Shown in pieces: positions 36,515 through 45,324 of a stretch of 64,000 bases of DNA. The stretch comes from a virus. Lineage: Duplodnaviria; Caudoviricetes. The notes beneath the pieces were generated by a model. The model saw only the letters and a list, made by a program, of their open reading frames with translations, did no database searches and was not told where the DNA came from. Numbering within the stretch: the stretch's first letter is position 1; every line of letters starts with the position of its first letter. Location of the stretch: positions 1 to 64,000 of the IMG/VR virus record IMGVR_UViG_3300017707_000735. The stretch is one strand, 5' to 3'. Position numbers and translations under genes: made by a program.

Positions 36515-39500
36515 ATGAAAAGAAAAGTAAGAGTTTACAAAGCAGAAGACGGACAAGGTCAATACCATAACCAAATGTCCCAGTTCTTAAAAAGAGCTCA
36601 GATGGGTATGGAACAACAAGCTCAACAGCCAGACATGCAACAAATTGTAATGCAAGTTGCTGGAATGCTAATGCCACCACCAGATGGTCAGGGAGCAGAT
36701 GCAGAACAAGTGTATCAGTCTTTGATTCAATCATATGGTGAAGCGGCAGCAACTCAGATTATTAATGTTGCTGTAGGTATGGTACAACAATCTTCAGGTT
36801 CTGAACAAGCTGCCGGTCAAGAGATGGCACAAGAAGAAGAGGAGTCTGTAGATGATCTTACTATGCAAGAAGAACTTATTAGAGAAGAGCGGGAACGTCA
36901 GCAAGAACAAAGAGATGCTGAGTACATGGCTGAAGATGACGAGTTCATGTATGATTTGTTGTATGGTGATGAAGAAGCTCAACAAGAAGAACAGCCTGAA
37001 GCTAAACATGGTGGTGCTCATCATAAAAAGTTTGTAAAGAAAGCAATGAAACTTGCTAGAAAACAAATGGGTGATGCCGGCAACGGTCAAGGTAAAAACA
37101 AAGCAGACATTTTTGATGGGGCTATGAAGAGATCAGAAGACTTCACCAACAATCTTAAAAATGAAGCTACCTTATCTTTATTAGAAAAGCAGTTTAAGAA
37201 TATGTCACAAGCTGCACCTCAAATGAATGCAGGACAGCAGTTTGCATATGGAGGATCACAGTTCGGTGGGATGACTGGATATGGTCTAGATAGATTTGTA
37301 TATGGTGGTTATGATCCGTCTGTACCCGATTTAACAGAGGCCATGTATGGTTATCAAACCGGTGGTATGATTGCTATCAATGATAAAGATGGTAACAGAA
37401 GATATGTGACTCAAGAAGAAGCTGACAACTGGAACAATGCTATTAAAGATGATCCTGATATGTTATTGTCAGACTTATCATTCAAGAGTGAAAGTCCTAT
37501 GAATGATCCTAACTATAAAATGTGGAGTGATCTTAAGGACAAAGGTGTAAATGTAGGTGATTACCGTCAGGGAATAAACTATAAGCAGTTTGCTAACTCT
37601 GGAAATAAAAACACAAACTATAATTATGTTGAGAAACCATACTCAACAGATAATATCTGGGATGCTCTTATTCCTAATAATAGAATCTTTGGTAAGAAGT
37701 ATACTATGTATGGTCCTATGAATCATTTAGGACTACCTTTTACAGGGCCATTCAATCCAATGAGTATGATGAATGGGTTTGATGTAGATAAACAAAGATT
37801 AGGTTTTGGTCATAAGCGTTATACATTTACACCAAAAGGTGCATCATCCGCTAGCGGTACCGGAATGGGTACAGGAGCAGGTAGTGGTGCAGGTTTTGTT
37901 CCAGGTCCTGGGCAAGCAGTAGATGCTATGGGCAAACCAGTTACATCTCAGAAACAACTTGAGATGTCATACTTAAATCCAGCATACTTACGTCAGTCAG
38001 GTAAAGAGTTAAAAGATCTTAACTTACATCCTTATAGCAAACAAGAAATGAGAAATGCTAGACAGGACTTAAGACAGTATGACAGAGCTGGCAGAAAAAT
38101 GGATAGGAAAAGTGATTGGGCTCAAGATAAATTTGGAAATAATGGTCAAAAACAAAAGGGTGACTTTTGGCCAAGATTAGCTGGATTCTTAAGAACAGCA
38201 GAGAAAGCTAGAGATGGTTTACAAACTTTCCAAGGTAACGTGAATGGATCTTCTGTAAATAATCAAGAGACTCCTATTGAATTTAAACCTAGAACAGCAA
38301 AAGAAGTTTGGGATAAATATGAGCCAGAACTTAGAAAACAATGGGGTAGTAAGATTGGTCAAGAATCAGAATTAGAAAAAGGTACACCAAGTTTTCGAGT
38401 TGATGAGGAAAACTATTTCAATGGGGAGAACTTTTTGAATATGGCTAACCCTATGCTTAAAGGTTTGACTAACCTGTTTAACAGAGGTGAAAAGAAAAAC
38501 TTCTTTGGTTATCAAAACAATACTTCAGATGATCTAGCTGATGTAAATGAGCAAAGATTTCATGGTAACTACAATCCTTTGTCAGGTGATTTTAGAGAAG
38601 ATTTACAAGGTCAGAATTGGCAAAGTAAATATGGTGGTGTACCTCATATGAAAATGGGTGGACCTAAAGGTAGAACTGGGCAACAGGTAGATTACTCATT
38701 AGGTATTTTCCCTACAGCTATGGGAGGCTCAGACATCAACCAGTATATTGGAAAAAAAAAGCCAGAGATATCAAGTACACTAAAACCCGTACCAAGAGAT
38801 AAAGCAAATCTAGAAGCTGAGAAAGGTGAAACTGCATACGGAGATCTTAATGGAGATGGATTCCCAGAACACTATGAGATTGGCGGCAAGCGTCACTACC
38901 AAGGTGGTACACCATTAGATCTTCCAGATGATACATTTATCTTTAGTGACACTAGATCTATGAGAATTAGCGACCCTAAGATTCTTAAGATGTTTGGTAA
39001 GTCACCTAAGAAAGGTGGTTATACACCTGCAGAACTTGCTAAGCAATATGATATCAATGCATACCGTAAGATTCTTGATGATCCAGATTCAGATGTAGTA
39101 GATAGAAAGACTGCAGAGCAAATGATTAAGAACTTCAACATTAAACTTGGAGCTCTGGCACTTGCACAGGAATCTAAGAAAGGTTTCCCTCAAGGTATTC
39201 CAGTTGTGGCAAAACCATATATGGAGACTATGGGAATCAGTGAAGAAGATATCTTACCTAAAGAAGAAGAAGCACAACAAATGGCTCAACAAATGATGGG
39301 TCAACAAGGAATGCCTCAAGGTGAACAACAAGCTATGATACCGGAAGAGCAAATGGCAATGGCTTCACAAGAAGGTATGATGGCTAGCCCAGAAGAAATG
39401 GGAATGAGTCCTGAAGGTATGATGAGATATGGTGGTATGCGTAGATTGAGAAGAGCTCAAGAAGGTATGGCACAAGGTCAACCATCTCCTGAAGAAATGG

Positions 39501-41824
39501 CTATGATGCAACAACAGCAACAACAAGGTGGTGGTGATGAGATGGCGCAAGTAATGCAACAGGTACAACAAGCTCTTCAACAAGGAGCACAACCTGAAGA
39601 AGTTGCTGCGCAGTTAATGCAAAACCAAATGCCGCCAGAAGCTATAATGCAAATCTTTATGCAGATTGGCATACCACAAGAAGAAGCTGCGGGTATTATA
39701 CAATCAGTAATACAGGGTGCTCAGCAAGCACCAATGGCTGCTTATGGAATGCAGATGGGGGGTTACGACATGCCTTTTGCACAAGAAGGTACGTTTGTAA
39801 TGCCTAATCTTGGTGATCCTTTAGAAATTGAAAAGCGCAATCAAGAATGGGCTACAAGACTGGAGAACAATCCTATTAAACTTAATGTTGCTAAAGATGA
39901 TACAAAAAGTGATTTTACTGATTGGAGAGGTGACACATATCATGCTTCAAAACATGGTTATGCTGATGAGCCATGGTTTAATATGGGTCTAACTCATGAT
40001 CAATTAAGAAATTTCTACCAGCATCGTGGTGATAATATGTTACCAATTAATCATCCTAACAACACTAACTATTTTTGGGACCCGTCTAAGATGGCTTATG
40101 GAGGATCACTTGATAGATACCAAACTAAAGGTGAGGTAAAACAAAAAGTATATACTGAAGATAACTTACCTGAAGGTGCTGTTATTGTAGAAAAATATAC
40201 ACGCGGAAAAAAACCAGGTGACTTTGAACTACAAGAAGATGGTACTTATAGAAAGGTGACTAAGTATGACCTTAAACCTTCTGCATCAAGTGCAACTAAG
40301 CAGCAAACTGCAGCTGATTTTGCCGCACAGTCTGAAGAAAATAAAAAACTACTAGAGCAGGCTAATGCAATTATTGCAAGAGAAATTGGTAAAGGAACTA
40401 TTGAAGGTGATGCGGATGGCGGTGATATTAAACTACTAGGTAATCTTAGCTTACCATTCAATGAAAGAATCATTTTAAGTAAAGCACTTAACTCTAATAA
40501 AGATTTTGGTACTGATAAGTTTAAGGTAACTAAACAAAGTGCTACCACAGGTTATTCTCAAAAAAGTAGCAGAGGTGACTATAAAGGTACCGGATCATTT
40601 GTAGCAGGATTTACTCCAGAAGATTATGAGAAGCGCTACGTATATGAGCAGTTAAAAGGAATGGGTGCAGATGATGAAACAGCATTTGCTGAAATTGATA
40701 AAATTTATTCTGACCCTAAACAAAAAGCAGGAGCAAGAAGAGAGTATCTAAACTTCTTAGGTGTTACAGCACCAGCAGATGATGCTGAGTTACTAGATGC
40801 TAACTTCTATAAGACACGTTACAAAGATGTGACAACTGCTATGGAAAGATTGGATGAGAGTACGTTTAGAACATCTAAAGCTGGAGGTAATGACTTGATT
40901 TCAGGGTTTGACCACTTTGATGCAATGGGTTTTGAATATAATCCAGAGTATGAGGCTGAACAACAAGAGCAAGAAGAAGAAGAAACTGATGAAGAAGGTG
41001 ATGTTACAGAAGATGTAGAAGTACCTGTTCCTAAGTATGCACCATGGTGGTTGCAAGATACTATAAAAACAGCAGGAGCATTTGGTGATCTTATGGGTGT
41101 TAAGAAGTATTATCCTTGGGCGCCTAAGTACAATCCGTCAATTCCGGATCCAACATTCCTAGATCCTACAAGATCTATTGCTGCACAAAGTGAACAAGCA
41201 AGAATCCTTGGTGATACAATGTCTAAGATAACTCCTAGTTCTTCTATGGCGGCTTCTAGATTAGCTGGTCTACAAGGAGAGTTGGCTAAGGGTGCTGCAG
41301 ACACTGCTAATCAATATGACAAAGCTAACGTAGAGATAGCAAATCAATTTGCACCTATGCAAGCTGAGATGTCTAACAAAGCTCAGGAATACAATCTTGG
41401 TCAGACTAAAGCACTATATGATGCTAATACGTTGATGAACCAGCAGTATGATAACTCTAAGCGTGCTATGAAGCAGAACTTGCTTAACCAGTACACTAAT
41501 GCTATCACTAACCGTTGGAAGACAGATGCTATGAATCAGTTGTATCCTCAGTACGCTGTTGACCCAGCAACTGGTGGTAGACTTGATTTCAAAGGAGGTA
41601 AAAAACAGAAACCTACAGTTGCTAAATCATATGGTGACTATTACAATGAAGCATTTGAGATTACTGGTGACAGTGATGCATCAGCTAAATATGCATTGCT
41701 TGCTTGGAAACAAAGTCAAGGTGAAGATATTGGTGGAGGTGCTGAAGCTGTAATGAGCATGTATCAAAAGAATGGCGGTACCTTCACAATAGGACCAGGA
41801 ATGCTTCCACCGTTTATACTGTAA
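36515..41824 (+). CDS. Large cargo (ejected) protein with many GG motifs (1769 aa)
   Basis: More than ten GG motifs, Q/M/E-rich low-complexity blocks, EAEKGE...GGKRHYQGG domain, N/Q-rich helical C-terminus; position after the muzzle. Confidence 0.7.
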   Translation: MKRKVRVYKAEDGQGQYHNQMSQFLKRAQMGMEQQAQQPDMQQIVMQVAGMLMPPPDGQGADAEQVYQSLIQSYGEAAATQIINVAVGMVQQSSGSEQAAGQEMAQEEEESVDDLTMQEELIREERERQQEQRDAEYMAEDDEFMYDLLYGDEEAQQEEQPEAKHGGAHHKKFVKKAMKLARKQMGDAGNGQGKNKADIFDGAMKRSEDFTNNLKNEATLSLLEKQFKNMSQAAPQMNAGQQFAYGGSQFGGMTGYGLDRFVYGGYDPSVPDLTEAMYGYQTGGMIAINDKDGNRRYVTQEEADNWNNAIKDDPDMLLSDLSFKSESPMNDPNYKMWSDLKDKGVNVGDYRQGINYKQFANSGNKNTNYNYVEKPYSTDNIWDALIPNNRIFGKKYTMYGPMNHLGLPFTGPFNPMSMMNGFDVDKQRLGFGHKRYTFTPKGASSASGTGMGTGAGSGAGFVPGPGQAVDAMGKPVTSQKQLEMSYLNPAYLRQSGKELKDLNLHPYSKQEMRNARQDLRQYDRAGRKMDRKSDWAQDKFGNNGQKQKGDFWPRLAGFLRTAEKARDGLQTFQGNVNGSSVNNQETPIEFKPRTAKEVWDKYEPELRKQWGSKIGQESELEKGTPSFRVDEENYFNGENFLNMANPMLKGLTNLFNRGEKKNFFGYQNNTSDDLADVNEQRFHGNYNPLSGDFREDLQGQNWQSKYGGVPHMKMGGPKGRTGQQVDYSLGIFPTAMGGSDINQYIGKKKPEISSTLKPVPRDKANLEAEKGETAYGDLNGDGFPEHYEIGGKRHYQGGTPLDLPDDTFIFSDTRSMRISDPKILKMFGKSPKKGGYTPAELAKQYDINAYRKILDDPDSDVVDRKTAEQMIKNFNIKLGALALAQESKKGFPQGIPVVAKPYMETMGISEEDILPKEEEAQQMAQQMMGQQGMPQGEQQAMIPEEQMAMASQEGMMASPEEMGMSPEGMMRYGGMRRLRRAQEGMAQGQPSPEEMAMMQQQQQQGGGDEMAQVMQQVQQALQQGAQPEEVAAQLMQNQMPPEAIMQIFMQIGIPQEEAAGIIQSVIQGAQQAPMAAYGMQMGGYDMPFAQEGTFVMPNLGDPLEIEKRNQEWATRLENNPIKLNVAKDDTKSDFTDWRGDTYHASKHGYADEPWFNMGLTHDQLRNFYQHRGDNMLPINHPNNTNYFWDPSKMAYGGSLDRYQTKGEVKQKVYTEDNLPEGAVIVEKYTRGKKPGDFELQEDGTYRKVTKYDLKPSASSATKQQTAADFAAQSEENKKLLEQANAIIAREIGKGTIEGDADGGDIKLLGNLSLPFNERIILSKALNSNKDFGTDKFKVTKQSATTGYSQKSSRGDYKGTGSFVAGFTPEDYEKRYVYEQLKGMGADDETAFAEIDKIYSDPKQKAGARREYLNFLGVTAPADDAELLDANFYKTRYKDVTTAMERLDESTFRTSKAGGNDLISGFDHFDAMGFEYNPEYEAEQQEQEEEETDEEGDVTEDVEVPVPKYAPWWLQDTIKTAGAFGDLMGVKKYYPWAPKYNPSIPDPTFLDPTRSIAAQSEQARILGDTMSKITPSSSMAASRLAGLQGELAKGAADTANQYDKANVEIANQFAPMQAEMSNKAQEYNLGQTKALYDANTLMNQQYDNSKRAMKQNLLNQYTNAITNRWKTDAMNQLYPQYAVDPATGGRLDFKGGKKQKPTVAKSYGDYYNEAFEITGDSDASAKYALLAWKQSQGEDIGGGAEAVMSMYQKNGGTFTIGPGMLPPFIL

Positions 41825-41856
41825 ACTTGTGAGGTTTATTAAACTTATAAAATTTT
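41822..41856 (+). promoter_or_regulatory. Tandem palindromic sites TAAACTT-GTG-AGGTTTA and TAAACTT-ATA-AAATTTT upstream of the cargo gene at 41888
   Basis: First copy ends 49 nt before the ATG; GATATT at 41857-41862. Confidence 0.5.
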
Positions 41857-41887
41857 GATATTTTTACAATACAAAGAATACTAAAGC

Positions 41888-44800
41888 ATGGCAACGTATT
41901 TACAAGGAGTCACGGATTATATACCAGAGTTTCAGCCCTTTCAACCGGACTTAAATTTCTATAATAACGTCCTGCAGACAAAGCAAACTCAATATGATTC
42001 AAACTGGAAAGCAATCAATAATGTTTACGGGCAGTATTTCTATTCTGATTTAACTCGTGATAACAATATTGAAAAGAAGGATGAGTTGATGAAACAGATT
42101 GATTTTAATCTTAAGAGAGTATCTGGATTAGATCTATCACTTGACCAGAATGTTGAGCAAGCTACACAAGTATTCAAACCTTTCTATGAGGATAACTTTC
42201 TTATGAAGGACATGGCTTGGACAAAGAATTATAAGACCAATAGACAAAGAGGTGTTGCTCTTAAAAATTCTAAGAACAAGGAAGACCGTGGTATGTATTG
42301 GGATACTGGTATCCGCTACATGGACTACATGAGAGAGGACTTTAAAAAAGTATCTGATGAAGAGTCACTAGGTTTTGATAATGTTACTTACACACCTTAT
42401 GTAAACTCCATTAAAGAGTTCCAACAGATTGCAAAGGACTACGGAGGTATAGATGTAGAGCACCCTTCTGAGGACGGTAGATATATGATCAGAGAAAAGA
42501 ATGGTCAAAGACTTATTGCACCTCTTACAGCATTGTTTGAAGCAAGTGTAGCTAATGACCCAAGAATGGCTGATGTCTACAGAGTTCAAGCTATTGTAAA
42601 TAGAAAGGACTATGTATATTCAAAAAAGGATTCTGAGTTTAAAGGTGATGAGAAGGCTGCGGAGACAGCATACTTATCACAACAGAACAAGACTATCCAA
42701 GAATATATCCGTAGAAAGAAAGAGTCTGCTAGTAAAGATGTTGCTGTTACTAATAACAACATTACAGATGCACAGAATGCGGTAGAGACTGGTAATGATA
42801 ATCCATTGACATTTGATTACCTTACACAGTTACAGAAAGCGCAGGGTATCTACCAAGCAGTTGAAGCCCGAGCAGATGACTTAGATGCGCAAACATCTAA
42901 CGGTTCTTCTACAATGACTACATCATCCTACATACCGGATGACCAATTAGACCTAGAAGCTCTCAGATCTAAGGTAGATGTAGGTACGGCAGCAATGCTA
43001 ATGGACCAAGACATCCAACAGGCAGCTAATCTATTTGCTTATAGTGACTATAAGTATGAGATGACTGCTGACCAGTTTGCTTTAGAGAGTGTAAGACAAC
43101 AAAATAGAAAAGCTCTTCAGAATGATAAAGAAGCTTTTGATATGAAGAAGATGGCTATTGAAGAAGGTTTAAAAACCGGCTTCTATCTATTTGATCAAAA
43201 GACTCAATCTATAATTCAGAATCCTATATACCAAACTACTAATGTTAAGAAAGGTGCTGGAGGTTCTGGAGGTACAACTGATGAGCCTACAACGGCAGCA
43301 GAAGAGAATGCAAGAATAGAAGAAGAACAATCTCAGGATTATGCTGATGGTTGGTTCTCTACTGTAGCACAGATATTAGGAGATAGTGAAGCTACTGATA
43401 GAGTAACTGCAAAAAGGCTTGCACAAATACTTGCACCAAGTTCTGGTGATAAAGATGCGCCTGTTAAAAACGTAAGTTCTTATGTTGATAAGGAAACAGG
43501 ACAGACTCTTTATAGATATGATGAGCCTAAGTATAGTCAATCTGAGAAAGAAGCTTTCATTGAAAAAACATATGGTAAAAACTTTGCTCAACAAATAAAG
43601 AATAAGTCACGTCAGTCTGGTGAGAAAGCTCTTAAAGCATGGAGAAAAGATCCTAAAGCTTACTTTGCTGGTCTTGATGCTAAGGCTATGAAGAATGTTA
43701 AGTCTAAGATTGATGCTTTCCTTCTAGAGAGAACTGCAGCAGGCGATGTTAATGCAAAAGAACAACTTCTTAGCAAGAGTAATGTCATGATGGATATGTT
43801 CATTATAGGCAAAGAAAGTGATGAGCTTATCAATCAGAAAAATGAAAAGACTCTTACTACAGCTATGTTAGGTAGTTTACCGTTCCCTGATAAGAATAGT
43901 AAAGATCTAGTTAAACTCTACTACAATAATGGAAATCCATTGAGTGAGAACATGTTTAAGATGATGGCTAAGAATTTTGTTAAGGCTCCGCAAAGAGAAA
44001 TTTGGGTAGAGGCAAGAGACTATTCTATCAGACCAATGTCTGAAACATTTACTTCAAGAGATGAAGAAGAGAAGGGAACATTTGCTAATAGACAGAAGTA
44101 TAACATTAATACAATGTTTAAGAATGGTGACTTAACTTCTTCTAACATTGATGTATTTATGAAAAGAGACTTGATGCATAACATGCCTAAAGAGCAATAT
44201 ATTGCATTAAGAAAACAGATCTTGTCCGCTCAACAAGAGAAAAAACAGTTAATGAAAAAAGTTGAGGATGGTGACAAACTTTCTTTCAAAGAAGAATACA
44301 CATTAAAGAGGTCACGTGATTTAGGTACTCTAATCAACAACTTTACATCTACTCAAAATAACTGGGACCAACAATTATCTACTACTTATGAAGCTTTGTC
44401 TGGTGCCTTAACTAAAGACTTTGTATCTACAAAGATGCTTTCTAAAAGTAACCTTATTGATTACGGTAAAGAAGGTAGCAAGTTTTCAACAGCTGCAACA
44501 GACTATTCTGGTCAACAGGTTAATACAAAAATTGTTGGTACGTTTGGTTTTAAAGCCTTTCAACAAATGATGTCTCAGGATCTTGCAAAAAATGCATGGA
44601 CAAATGACACACGTACATTTAGAGTTTCTTGGGATGGTACAACAAGATCTGGTTTTGAACCTGAATCAGACAGTGATGAAGGAGAGAATCCAAAATTTAG
44701 AGCACAGGTTACTGATATGGTCTTAAGACACCTTCAATCAAAAATAGGTACGGAAGCCGTTGATTTCGGGTTGTATCAAGCTCAGATTGCAAATGAACAC

Positions 44801-45307
44801 AGGGGAACTGGTGCAATGATTATTTACCCTACGTATGAGACTCTTAAAGCAATGGATATCATTGGAACTGACAAAGCACCTAAGTTAATTACAGAAGGTC
44901 AAGCTAGACGTATTGTGGCTAATGGTATGGCAATTGCCGGACCAAGAACTATGTGGAAGAATGACTTATTTATGGATAACAAAACAAGTCCAGCTGAAGG
45001 TGTCTTAAATGCATTAGGTGAAATTAAGTATGAGCACCCACTAGGAGCAGGTGGTTATACAATTACCAAATCAAAAGGGGGTGCTGCACCGTATAGCGTT
45101 AATGTAACCTTCAATGGTTATGATCCAATTACTGGTAAAAAAGGCGGTAAAAGTTATACTGTAGCTTATACAGACTTTGGTAACAACTTAGATGAAGCTA
45201 TCTTAAATTTAAGATACAATCTGGATATTACATCAACAGAAATGTGGGATGAATGGGCAACAAACCCACTAGTCAAAAAGAACAATCAATCTATGCGCAA
45301 TAGATAA
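41888..45307 (+). CDS. Large helical cargo protein (1139 aa)
   Basis: Coiled-coil character; position between the GG-motif cargo genes and the giant genes. Confidence 0.7.
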   Translation: MATYLQGVTDYIPEFQPFQPDLNFYNNVLQTKQTQYDSNWKAINNVYGQYFYSDLTRDNNIEKKDELMKQIDFNLKRVSGLDLSLDQNVEQATQVFKPFYEDNFLMKDMAWTKNYKTNRQRGVALKNSKNKEDRGMYWDTGIRYMDYMREDFKKVSDEESLGFDNVTYTPYVNSIKEFQQIAKDYGGIDVEHPSEDGRYMIREKNGQRLIAPLTALFEASVANDPRMADVYRVQAIVNRKDYVYSKKDSEFKGDEKAAETAYLSQQNKTIQEYIRRKKESASKDVAVTNNNITDAQNAVETGNDNPLTFDYLTQLQKAQGIYQAVEARADDLDAQTSNGSSTMTTSSYIPDDQLDLEALRSKVDVGTAAMLMDQDIQQAANLFAYSDYKYEMTADQFALESVRQQNRKALQNDKEAFDMKKMAIEEGLKTGFYLFDQKTQSIIQNPIYQTTNVKKGAGGSGGTTDEPTTAAEENARIEEEQSQDYADGWFSTVAQILGDSEATDRVTAKRLAQILAPSSGDKDAPVKNVSSYVDKETGQTLYRYDEPKYSQSEKEAFIEKTYGKNFAQQIKNKSRQSGEKALKAWRKDPKAYFAGLDAKAMKNVKSKIDAFLLERTAAGDVNAKEQLLSKSNVMMDMFIIGKESDELINQKNEKTLTTAMLGSLPFPDKNSKDLVKLYYNNGNPLSENMFKMMAKNFVKAPQREIWVEARDYSIRPMSETFTSRDEEEKGTFANRQKYNINTMFKNGDLTSSNIDVFMKRDLMHNMPKEQYIALRKQILSAQQEKKQLMKKVEDGDKLSFKEEYTLKRSRDLGTLINNFTSTQNNWDQQLSTTYEALSGALTKDFVSTKMLSKSNLIDYGKEGSKFSTAATDYSGQQVNTKIVGTFGFKAFQQMMSQDLAKNAWTNDTRTFRVSWDGTTRSGFEPESDSDEGENPKFRAQVTDMVLRHLQSKIGTEAVDFGLYQAQIANEHRGTGAMIIYPTYETLKAMDIIGTDKAPKLITEGQARRIVANGMAIAGPRTMWKNDLFMDNKTSPAEGVLNALGEIKYEHPLGAGGYTITKSKGGAAPYSVNVTFNGYDPITGKKGGKSYTVAYTDFGNNLDEAILNLRYNLDITSTEMWDEWATNPLVKKNNQSMRNR

Positions 45308-45324
45308 TTTAATAAAAAACTATA

